DNA from: a virus
Lineage: Duplodnaviria; Caudoviricetes
IMG/VR virus record: IMGVR_UViG_3300024275_000012
Coordinates: 1 to 43,227 of that record
DNA length: 43,227 nucleotides
Reading direction: 5' to 3' (one strand)
Shown: positions 15,721 to 23,976 of the stretch, piece by piece
Layout: every line of letters starts with the position of its first letter
Numbering within the stretch: the stretch's first letter is position 1
The notes under the pieces: model-generated
Databases searched by the model: none
What the model was told of the DNA's origin: nothing
Seen by the model: only the letters and a program-made list of their open reading frames with translations
Made by a program: the position numbers and the translations under genes

Positions 15721-16548
15721 ATGACACAGGTTACCCCTGCCTGCGCGCGCCCGACGAAGCGGCGCCGCAACGGCAGCACCGGAACTGCGACTGGCTACAC
15801 AGCCCACCGTGCGGCGCGTGAACCCGTTTGTGATCCCTGCGCGGAGGCCTGGCGCGTCAAGCAGGCCGAGCGCAAGGCCAACCTGAGCCCGGCCCGCCTT
15901 GCGCGGGAGCGTGCGCGTAAGGCTGAGCTGGCCCGCATGCGGCGGCAGGCAGACAACGCGTGCGCCTCGGACGATCTCGCGGGCACCGCTGCCGGATACG
16001 CAGCGCACATTGCCGCGGACCAGGTCCCATGCCAACCCTGCCGCGACGCCTCCGCCGCTCACGACTACGGGTCCGTCTGCGCGCGGCCCACGCGCCGCTG
16101 CCCGGACGGGCGCACTGGTACGCGCTCCGGATACCTCGCTCACCTCTACGCAGGCGAGCCCGCCTGCGACGCGTGCCTGAAGGGGTCCGCGTCGGAGGAG
16201 AAGGACTCCCGGGCGCAGGATCCCGAGAAGGCACTGCGGAACACCCTCTGGTCCAAGTACCGGATGACGCTTGAGGACTACCGCGCGCGCCTCGAATCGC
16301 AGGGCGGGAAGTGCGCCGTGTGCCAGATCGACGCCCCCACCGACTTTCGCACCCGCCGGTTCCACGTCGACCACGACCACTCGTGCTGCCCCACGTCGAG
16401 CAAGACCTGCGGCAAGTGCACCCGTGGGCTGCTCTGCCACGCCTGCAACACCGGGCTTGGCAACTTCCAGGACAACCCGGAGCGGCTCCTCGCCGCCGTG
16501 GCCTACCTCACGGCCAGAAAGGGGGCCACACCCGATGCCGTTCATTGA
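15721..16548 (+). CDS. Endonuclease VII (His-Me finger) protein with three N-terminal zinc-finger-like repeats
   Basis: QGGKCAVC...HVDHDH...RGLLCHACNTGLG; three C-x-GTxxGYxxHxxxxxxxCxxC units; GAGGAG RBS. Confidence 0.85.
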   Translation: MTQVTPACARPTKRRRNGSTGTATGYTAHRAAREPVCDPCAEAWRVKQAERKANLSPARLARERARKAELARMRRQADNACASDDLAGTAAGYAAHIAADQVPCQPCRDASAAHDYGSVCARPTRRCPDGRTGTRSGYLAHLYAGEPACDACLKGSASEEKDSRAQDPEKALRNTLWSKYRMTLEDYRARLESQGGKCAVCQIDAPTDFRTRRFHVDHDHSCCPTSSKTCGKCTRGLLCHACNTGLGNFQDNPERLLAAVAYLTARKGATPDAVH

Positions 16549-17575
16549 CCTTCCTGACCGCGTCCCGGGCCTGCGTGCACAGGCCCGGGAGTCCCGGCCC
16601 TGGTACCGCATCACCAACCAGGCCGCCGACGAAGCGGAAGTGATGCTGTACGACGAGGTCGGGGGCTGGCTGGGCGCTACCGCTGACGACTTCATCAACG
16701 ACCTGCGCGGCATCACGGCTCCGAACATTCTGCTCAGGGTCAACAGCCCTGGCGGATCGGTGACAGAGGGAATCGCGATCGCCAACGCCCTGCGCTCCCA
16801 TCCGGCGAATGTCACGGTTCAGGTGGACGGCGTTGCGGCGAGCATCGCCTCGGTCATTGCGATGGCCGGTGACCACGTGCGGATGATGCCGAACGCGCTT
16901 TTGATGGTGCATGAGGCGAGCGGCGTTTGCGTCGGGGAAGCCGCCGACATGATCAAAATGGCGGAGGTCCTCGACAAGATCTCCGACAACATTGCCGGGG
17001 CCTACGCAGCCCGAGCAGGCGGCACCGAGGCCGAGTGGCGCCAGGTCATGAAGAACGAGACCTGGTACAGAGGCGAAGAAGCCGTCAAGGCAGGGCTCGC
17101 GGACGAGGTCGTGCAGACGCCGAAGCGCAGCGATGAGTCCGCGGAACCCGAGATGCGGCAGCAGTTCGATCTCGCCGCATACGGGTACGCCGGCCCCCGC
17201 GCCGAACCGCCGACGGCCGAGACCGGGCTGACGGAGGACATCCGCTCTCTCATCGGCGAGGAAGTCGCGGCGCAGCTTGCTGCTGCGGTTGCCCCGTCGG
17301 CAGCCGAGCCCGTGCAGCCGGAGCCCGTCGCCGAGACGGAGCCTGACGGCCCACGGTGCGCGATGTGCAACGAACTCGCCAGCGAGCACGAGGGCCACTT
17401 CCACGACCTCTCGGCAGAACCCGCCCCCGAGGCGCCAGCCGAGACCGAGCCCGAGGACGCGTGGGCGGCAGCCGTCGCCCACCTCGTCCAGCCCAAGCCT
17501 GACCCGTGGGCCGCAGCCGTGGCCCGCCTTATCAACCCCACGTCGGCGGCCCGCTCGGCGACGGACGCAGCCTGA
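16535..17575 (+). CDS. Head maturation protease, ClpP-like
   Basis: VNSPGG, AASIASVIAMAG, MVHEAS, ETWY..EEAVKAGLAD. Confidence 0.93.
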   Translation: MPFIDLPDRVPGLRAQARESRPWYRITNQAADEAEVMLYDEVGGWLGATADDFINDLRGITAPNILLRVNSPGGSVTEGIAIANALRSHPANVTVQVDGVAASIASVIAMAGDHVRMMPNALLMVHEASGVCVGEAADMIKMAEVLDKISDNIAGAYAARAGGTEAEWRQVMKNETWYRGEEAVKAGLADEVVQTPKRSDESAEPEMRQQFDLAAYGYAGPRAEPPTAETGLTEDIRSLIGEEVAAQLAAAVAPSAAEPVQPEPVAETEPDGPRCAMCNELASEHEGHFHDLSAEPAPEAPAETEPEDAWAAAVAHLVQPKPDPWAAAVARLINPTSAARSATDAA

Positions 17576-17585
17576 AGGAGGCAGC

Positions 17586-18947
17586 ATGGCAACCCCCACC
17601 ATCCCGAGCAACGCCGACGAGCTGGCGGAGATGCTCGCCGACCCGGCGAAGGCGTCGCCGATCGTCGAGACGCCGAAGGCTCTGGCGGACTTCATCACCC
17701 AGTACGCCAACCGGCAGCAGGGTGAGGGCACCGACCTCAACCGGCAGATCGCCGAGGAGACGCAGCGGCAGTTCGCTGCGATGCTCCGTGACCACGGCAA
17801 GGACGTCAGCCAGAAGGACGCCGAGCAGGCGATCCGGCGTCTCGACCTGGACCCGCAGGCCAAGCGCGGCGGGATGCTCACCTCGCACCGGCAGGGCACC
17901 GCCTACAACGCGGGCGCGCCCGGCGCACAGGTGGACAAGCACTTCGACAACGCGATCGACTACGTGCGCAACATCTGGCACAAGAACCCGAACGCGAACG
18001 CGGAGAAGCTGGCCGCGCTCGTCAACGCCGCAGGCAGCGTCAGCCCGGCGGACGGCGGGTTCCTCGTCCCGGAGACGCTCCGTAGCCAGCTGCTGCAGCT
18101 CGCGCTGGAGCAGGCCGTTGTTCGGCCGCTGGCCACGGTCGTCCCGATGGACTCGGCCCGGGTGCCGTTCCCGATGATCGACACCACGACCAACGCGGGC
18201 AGCGTGTTCGGCGGGATGATCGCCTACTGGGGTGAGGAAGGCGCCGCCCTCACCGACTCCAACCCGAAGTTCGGCCGGGTCACCCTCGACGCGAAGAAGC
18301 TCACCGGCCTCTCCGCGGTCCCCAACGAGCTGCTCCAGGACTCCATCGTCAGCTTCTCCGCGCTGATCGAGACGCTGTGGCCGCAGGCCCTCGCTTTCTC
18401 CGAGGACAACGCGTTCCAGTCCGGCACCGGCACCGGCGAGCCCCTCGGGTTCCGCGGCGCAGGCAACCCGGCCGCGGTCACCGTGTCCCGCGGCACCGCC
18501 AGCACGATCAAGTACCCGGACGTCGTCGGCATGTACGCGCGGATGCTGCCGTCGTCGCTGTCCAACGCGGTGTGGATGTGCGCCCCGGACGCGCTGCCGC
18601 AGCTGCTCCAGATGTCTCTCACCGTCGGCACTGGCGGCAACTCGGTGTTCGTCGTCAACGCGGCGGCGGGCATGCCGATGTCCATCTTCGGACGGCCGCT
18701 GATCATCACCGAGCGCGGCAGCCAGCTCGGCTCCCGCGGCGACCTCGTGTTCTGCGACCTCTCGTACTACCTGGTGGGCGACCGCCAGGTCATGACCGCC
18801 GACTCCTCGACGGACTACAACTTCGGCTCCGACAAGACGACGTTCCGGATCATCCAGCGCGTCGACGGCCGGCCGTGGATCCAGTCCGCCATCACCCCCC
18901 AGAACGGCAGCTCCAGCACCCTGTCGCCGTTCGTCGAACTCCTCTAG
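17586..18947 (+). CDS. Major capsid protein, HK97 fold
   Basis: DGGFLVPE, AYWGEEG, SNPKFGRVTLDAKKL, GTGTGEPLG, RVDGRP. Confidence 0.93.
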   Translation: MATPTIPSNADELAEMLADPAKASPIVETPKALADFITQYANRQQGEGTDLNRQIAEETQRQFAAMLRDHGKDVSQKDAEQAIRRLDLDPQAKRGGMLTSHRQGTAYNAGAPGAQVDKHFDNAIDYVRNIWHKNPNANAEKLAALVNAAGSVSPADGGFLVPETLRSQLLQLALEQAVVRPLATVVPMDSARVPFPMIDTTTNAGSVFGGMIAYWGEEGAALTDSNPKFGRVTLDAKKLTGLSAVPNELLQDSIVSFSALIETLWPQALAFSEDNAFQSGTGTGEPLGFRGAGNPAAVTVSRGTASTIKYPDVVGMYARMLPSSLSNAVWMCAPDALPQLLQMSLTVGTGGNSVFVVNAAAGMPMSIFGRPLIITERGSQLGSRGDLVFCDLSYYLVGDRQVMTADSSTDYNFGSDKTTFRIIQRVDGRPWIQSAITPQNGSSSTLSPFVELL

Positions 18948-19045
18948 CCCCCCCACGGCCGCCGCCGGCATTCACACCCCGGCGGCGGCTTCCACCGGGC
19001 CGGCAGTGTCGCCCCGGACCGGACCTCAGACGAAAGGAAAACCCG

Positions 19046-19486
19046 ATGTCTCAGCGAGCACTCGGCAGGCTCATCAACCCGACCCCCGCGGCCGACGGTG
19101 TGTGGATCGCCCTCAAGGGCGCCGCGGCTGGCGTCACCTTTTCGTGCTTCCTCACGGGCGCGGTCGGTGACACCTACACGCTGCAGGAGGCGAAGGACAA
19201 CGCCGGGACCGGCGCGCAGAACCTCGCGATCATCACCGAGTACCACACCAACACCGGTAACGCGTCGGACGCGTGGACCCGGCGGACGCAGGCTGCGGCG
19301 GCGACGGTAGTCACGGCGGCAGCGGCCACGCAGAACGCGATGGTCGTCGAGGTCGAGGGCACGTCGCTGTCCGACACCTACAAGTACGTGAAGCTCACGT
19401 CGACCGGCGCGGGCACCGTGACCGCGATCCAGCGGGACCTCGGCGTGCAGCGCGCCCCGGCCTCCCTGCCCGCGACCGGGGCCTGA
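19046..19486 (+). CDS. Virion structural protein, possibly head decoration
   Basis: AAAGGA RBS; follows the capsid gene; beta-rich Ala/Thr composition. Confidence 0.6.
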   Translation: MSQRALGRLINPTPAADGVWIALKGAAAGVTFSCFLTGAVGDTYTLQEAKDNAGTGAQNLAIITEYHTNTGNASDAWTRRTQAAAATVVTAAAATQNAMVVEVEGTSLSDTYKYVKLTSTGAGTVTAIQRDLGVQRAPASLPATGA

Positions 19487-19487
19487 C

Positions 19488-19877
19488 GTGGCGGTGTGGA
19501 CGTGCGCCGACTGCACGGCGGACTACGCGGTGGGCGCCCCGGCGTGTCCGCAGTGCGGGTCCGTCGTGCGGATCGACGAAAGGCCCATGCCGAAGGAGGA
19601 AGGCGAGGACATGGCGAAGATCACCGTTCACGGCGGTCCGAGCAACGCGGCCGCCGACGCGGAGGGGGGTGAGGACGTATCAGCTGGTACCAGCTCATCG
19701 ACATCCTCCGAGAAGGAGCCGAGCTCGCCCGGGACGAGCAGCAGCGACAGCCCGTCGCCTGCCCGAACGACGGGGAGCCGCTCGAAGAAGGCGGCGACGG
19801 CCAAGGCCTCTTCTGCCCGTGGGACGGGTGGCGGCCCGGCGGCCGGCATGTCGGAGACCGACGGCTCTGAGGCCTGA
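19488..19877 (+). CDS. Hypothetical protein with zinc ribbon and low-complexity tail
   Basis: CADC...CPQC; position in the head operon. Confidence 0.6.
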   Translation: MAVWTCADCTADYAVGAPACPQCGSVVRIDERPMPKEEGEDMAKITVHGGPSNAAADAEGGEDVSAGTSSSTSSEKEPSSPGTSSSDSPSPARTTGSRSKKAATAKASSARGTGGGPAAGMSETDGSEA

Positions 19878-19905
19878 CCGCTACCCAATCGACTGACGAG
19901 AGGAG

Positions 19906-20976
19906 GTGACAGAGATGAGCAGTACTCCGTTCTATGCGACCCGCGAGGAGATCAAGGCTGAGCTGGACGTGCGGGAGACTGCGCGTAGCAACACCCGGAT
20001 TGATCGCGCGCTGGCCGATGCGACCGAGGCCGTGCACGGGCTGACGCACCGGGTGTTCTACCCGGTGGTGGAGACGCGGCGGTTCGACTGGCCGCCCCGT
20101 GCTGGGGCGACGCCGTGGATTCTGCGGCTCGACAGCAACGAACTCATCTCCGTCACCTCCCTCACCAGCGGCGGGACGGCTATCGCCCCGGGTGACTACC
20201 TGCTGCGCCGGGCTGATGACCGGGCCGAACCCCCGTACACGCGTATCGAGATCAACCTCGGTAGCGACGCCTCGTTCGGCGGCGGCGACACCTACCAGCA
20301 GGACATCGCGGTGACCGGCCTGTTCGGCTACCGCAACGACGAGACTTCGGTGGGCACGCTTGCCGCACCGGTGGTTTCGACGACCGCCACGACCATCACC
20401 GTTGACGGCCCGGCATCCGCGGCGCTGGGTGTCGGTTCGCTGCTCCGTATCGACGACGAACGCATGGTCGTCACCGGGCGGTCCCAGCTCGATACGGGGC
20501 AGGGCTTCGGCGACTCGATGAACAAAGACAACTCCGATGTCTCGATCGGCGCGGCGAACGGCGGCGCCTACGCGGTCGGCGAGGTCATCCTCCGCGACTC
20601 CGAACGCATGCTCATCACGGAGATCGCAGGAAACACGATCTCCGTGATCCGGGCGTGGGATGGCAGCGTCCTGGCTGCGCACGCCGACTCGGCGATCTAC
20701 GCGCCCCGCATCCTCACCGTGGCCCGCGGTGCGCTCGGCACGACGGCCGCCACCCACACCAGCGGAACCGCTGTGCAGCAGTGGCAGGCACCCGGGCCGG
20801 TCCGGCAGTTGTGCGTGGCCGAGGCGCTGGTGGACTTGCTGCAAGGCCGGTCCGGGTACGCGCGGACGGCGGGCTCGGGTGAGAACGAGCGGGAGACCAG
20901 CGGCAAGGGGCTCGCTGATCTGCGTGCCCGCGTGTACACCAGCCACGGCCGCAAGGCCCGGATGCGGAGCGTCTGA
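19906..20976 (+). CDS. Head-tail connector/adaptor with extra beta domains
   Basis: FYATREEIKAEL adaptor-like start; repeated IDDERM/RDSERM..RG..GT modules. Confidence 0.7.
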   Translation: MTEMSSTPFYATREEIKAELDVRETARSNTRIDRALADATEAVHGLTHRVFYPVVETRRFDWPPRAGATPWILRLDSNELISVTSLTSGGTAIAPGDYLLRRADDRAEPPYTRIEINLGSDASFGGGDTYQQDIAVTGLFGYRNDETSVGTLAAPVVSTTATTITVDGPASAALGVGSLLRIDDERMVVTGRSQLDTGQGFGDSMNKDNSDVSIGAANGGAYAVGEVILRDSERMLITEIAGNTISVIRAWDGSVLAAHADSAIYAPRILTVARGALGTTAATHTSGTAVQQWQAPGPVRQLCVAEALVDLLQGRSGYARTAGSGENERETSGKGLADLRARVYTSHGRKARMRSV

Positions 20977-21350
20977 TGCGACTCGACGTCTCCACCAGCA
21001 GCCGCGGCCCGATCTTCGACGGGCGCGCCCGGATCGCAGCCAACCAGTACGTGGACCGGCTGGAACGCGACCTCGCCGAGGAAGGCCTCAACATCCTCAA
21101 GCGTGAGATGCGCGCAGTGTTCCGCAACCCGACCGGCTACTACGAGTCCCGCTGCGTCGTCGTCGACGGCCGAACGATCTGGGACAGCAGGGTCGTGTAC
21201 GGGCCGTGGCTGGCCGGCATCGGCAGCAGGAACTACCCGGTGACGAAATTCAAGGGCTACGACCACTGGATCCGCACGAGGCATGAGCTGAACTCCCGCA
21301 AGCGCGGCATCGGCGAACGGCTGCTGCGCCGCTATACGGGCAGGATGTGA
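20976..21350 (+). CDS. Neck/tail completion protein (HK97 gp10-like)
   Basis: PTGYY...VVYGPWL motif and synteny. Confidence 0.6.
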   Translation: MRLDVSTSSRGPIFDGRARIAANQYVDRLERDLAEEGLNILKREMRAVFRNPTGYYESRCVVVDGRTIWDSRVVYGPWLAGIGSRNYPVTKFKGYDHWIRTRHELNSRKRGIGERLLRRYTGRM

Positions 21351-21356
21351 TCGCCC

Positions 21357-21815
21357 GTGTCTCTTGACCTCCTCGCCTACCGCAGCGCGGTCATGTCGCA
21401 GGCACAGGCCCTCGGCGTGTTCGAGCAGGTGCTCGGGCACGAGCCAGTGTCCGCGCCCGGGAGCGGCTTGATCTACGCGGTGTGGGTGACGCGAGTCGCG
21501 CCGATCCCTGCCGGGTCTGGTGTCGCTGCGGGCACGGGCCGCCTGGAACTCGCGGGCCGGGTGTTCATGCCCGCAGACACGGAGCCGCAGAACGACGTGG
21601 ACATCGCCGTGACGAGCGCGGTCGACCAGCTCATCAGCGCCCTGTTCGCGGACTTCACGCTCGGCGACACGATTCGCAACGTCGACGTGCTCGGCGCGCA
21701 CGGCACCCCGCTGTCTGCGGCGTTCGGGTTCACCCGCTTCGACAGCACCACGTACAGGGTGGCCACGCTCACCGTGCCCCTGATCATCAACGACCTGTGG
21801 ACGGAGGCCCCGTAG
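21357..21815 (+). CDS. Tail terminator-like protein
   Basis: DFTLG motif, size and synteny. Confidence 0.65.
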   Translation: MSLDLLAYRSAVMSQAQALGVFEQVLGHEPVSAPGSGLIYAVWVTRVAPIPAGSGVAAGTGRLELAGRVFMPADTEPQNDVDIAVTSAVDQLISALFADFTLGDTIRNVDVLGAHGTPLSAAFGFTRFDSTTYRVATLTVPLIINDLWTEAP

Positions 21816-22570
21816 TGGCGAAGACAGGCGGGCTCGGGGATGCGCTGTACATCCACGGCTACGACGCGAGCGGCGACATCCAGCAGCTCGGCACGATCGG
21901 TGGCGGTCCCGCGCTGCTGAATTTCACCGCGATCAACAAGAGCGCGATGGAGCGGCAAGGCGGACTGCGGTCCGGCGCCATCGAGTTCACCGCGTTCCAC
22001 AACCACGTCGCGGTCACCGGCGCCACGCACGAGAAGCTGGCGACACTGCCCCGCACGGACGTGATCCTGACCTACTGCCGCGGCACCACGCTCGGCGACC
22101 CGGCCGCATCACTGGTGGGCAAGCAGGTCAACTACGACCCCACCCGCGCTGACGACGGCATGCTCACCTTCGCCGTGAGCGGGCAGTCGAACGGCTACGG
22201 CATCGAGTGGGGACAGCAGCTCACTGCCGGACTGCGCACGGACAGCGCCGCCACGAACGGCACGGGCCTCGACACCCTCGCCTCGGCTGCGTTCGGCGGG
22301 CAGGCCTACCTTCAGGTGTCGGCGTTCACCGGCACGGACGTCACGGTGAAGATCCAGGACAGTGCGGACAACGTCAGCTTCGCGGACGTCGCCGGATTCA
22401 ACTTCACCCAGATCACCGGGGGCGCGCCGCTCGCGGAGCGGATCGCGCTGTCGAACACGGCCACGCTGCGCCGCTACCTGCGGGCCAGCACGGTGACGAC
22501 CGGCGGGTTCACCAGCCTCACCTTCTCCGTCAACGTGATCAAGAACGAGGCGGCGGGAGTGGTCTTCTGA
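21815..22570 (+). CDS. Tail tube-like protein with an extra C-terminal domain
   Basis: TAGTG coupling; N-terminus resembles 23014..23415. Confidence 0.6.
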   Translation: MAKTGGLGDALYIHGYDASGDIQQLGTIGGGPALLNFTAINKSAMERQGGLRSGAIEFTAFHNHVAVTGATHEKLATLPRTDVILTYCRGTTLGDPAASLVGKQVNYDPTRADDGMLTFAVSGQSNGYGIEWGQQLTAGLRTDSAATNGTGLDTLASAAFGGQAYLQVSAFTGTDVTVKIQDSADNVSFADVAGFNFTQITGGAPLAERIALSNTATLRRYLRASTVTTGGFTSLTFSVNVIKNEAAGVVF

Positions 22571-23007
22571 TGAACCGCATCCAGCCCCTCATGGGCCCCG
22601 AGGCGTACAAGACGTACTCGGTCGTTTCCCCGCTCACCTCGCACTTCCGGCCCGCGACCTGCGCCGAAGCTGACTGCGGCTACTACCGCGACGGGTTCCA
22701 GGTCCGCGTCGAGGGACTCGAACCGCAGGTACTGCACGCGGTGCAGAACTCGGGCCGCAAGTACACGGTGCAGAAGCCGGCCGAGGGCGAGACGTACCTG
22801 GTGTTCGAGCCGGGCCAGCCGTGCCTGCGGGCGTCGCTGCACCGGGTGCGGGTGTCCGACCGGCCGCCGCTGTACGTGGTCCGGGACGGCGACTACCGCG
22901 GCAACCCGCGCGGCACGAAGACGCGGGTGCATCACAGCCCGGACAACTGGCTGGACGACTTCGCCACGCATCAGCAGGCGATTGCAGACGAGATCGAGAA
23001 GGGGTGA
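22570..23007 (+). CDS. Hypothetical protein in the tail operon
   Basis: TGATG coupling; 145 aa. Confidence 0.7.
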   Translation: MNRIQPLMGPEAYKTYSVVSPLTSHFRPATCAEADCGYYRDGFQVRVEGLEPQVLHAVQNSGRKYTVQKPAEGETYLVFEPGQPCLRASLHRVRVSDRPPLYVVRDGDYRGNPRGTKTRVHHSPDNWLDDFATHQQAIADEIEKG

Positions 23008-23013
23008 TCGGCC

Positions 23014-23415
23014 ATGGCGAAGGCTAGCGGCCTCGGCCAGACGGCACTGTCGGTGGACACCAGCGCAGGTACGCCGACGGACATTCGGAACGACGTCACG
23101 AACTGGCAGCTGAGCACCCCCAGGGGTGTGCAGGACATCACCGGCGTGGACAAGTCGGCGAACGAGCGGCTTCTGCTCCTCGCCGACATGAGCGTCACCT
23201 ACAACGGCGTGTTCAACGCGACCGGCTCGCACCTGGTGTTCCGCACCGTGCCGTCCACCAGCGTGAACCGGACCTGCACCAACACCGTGAACGGCGTCAC
23301 CCTCGCCGGCGAACTCCTGTTCTCCGACTACCAGCTCACCCGCTCCGACAGCGGCGAACTTACCTGGAGTGCGCCCGGCGCGCTTGCTGACGGCACCGTC
23401 CCGACCTGGGCCTGA
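23014..23415 (+). CDS. Major tail tube protein
   Basis: DITGVDKSANERL...ELTWSA motif; directly precedes the tail chaperone. Confidence 0.7.
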   Translation: MAKASGLGQTALSVDTSAGTPTDIRNDVTNWQLSTPRGVQDITGVDKSANERLLLLADMSVTYNGVFNATGSHLVFRTVPSTSVNRTCTNTVNGVTLAGELLFSDYQLTRSDSGELTWSAPGALADGTVPTWA

Positions 23416-23425
23416 GGAGCAGCGC

Positions 23426-23827
23426 ATGGGATTCGACGCTGGCGTGCGCGCCATCACCATCCGGTTCGAGCCGGGACACAAGTACCACGGCGCCGAAGCG
23501 CGCGTGCGCGGTATGGGTATCGGCGAGTACATGGCCGCGACCGGGCTCGACGGCGGCGAAGGCGACAACGCGGCAGCGAGCATGCAGCGGTTCTTCGAGC
23601 GTCTCGTCTCCTGGAACCTGACCGTCGACGGCGAGGCGGTGCCCGCTACTGAGGAGGGCGCGAAGGCCTGCGACCACGGCCTGATCCGCGCGCTCCAGAA
23701 CGCCTACGTGCAGGCCCTCATCGGGGTCCACGATGCCGACCCTTTGCCGGAGAGCTCGCTCTCTGGCGAGCCGTCCCTGGTGGAGTCCGTCCCGATGGAA
23801 GCACTGTCGGAGAGCCTGGCGAGCTAA
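23426..23827 (+). CDS. Tail assembly chaperone (gpG-like)
   Basis: LVSWNL motif; between tail tube and tape measure. Confidence 0.75.
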   Translation: MGFDAGVRAITIRFEPGHKYHGAEARVRGMGIGEYMAATGLDGGEGDNAAASMQRFFERLVSWNLTVDGEAVPATEEGAKACDHGLIRALQNAYVQALIGVHDADPLPESSLSGEPSLVESVPMEALSESLAS

Positions 23828-23976
23828 AGCGAGCGCGGTGGCTGCTCGGACTGTGCGAACGGTTCGGGTGCCTGCCATCGCAGCTGTACGAGGAGGACAC
23901 CGAGCTCCTGCGCCTCGTGGCGATTGAGGAGCTCGGTGGTGGGCGCGGGAGCGGAGGGGAGGTAGACGATGTCTGA
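23740..23976 (+). CDS. -1 frameshifted extension of the tail chaperone (gpGT-like)
   Basis: Slippery C CCT TTG at 23740-23746; -1 frame open to TGA 23974-23976, encoding LCERFGCLPSQLYEED. Confidence 0.75.
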   Translation, partial: PFAGELALWRAVPGGVRPDGSTVGEPGELKRARWLLGLCERFGCLPSQLYEEDTELLRLVAIEELGGGRGSGGEVDDV

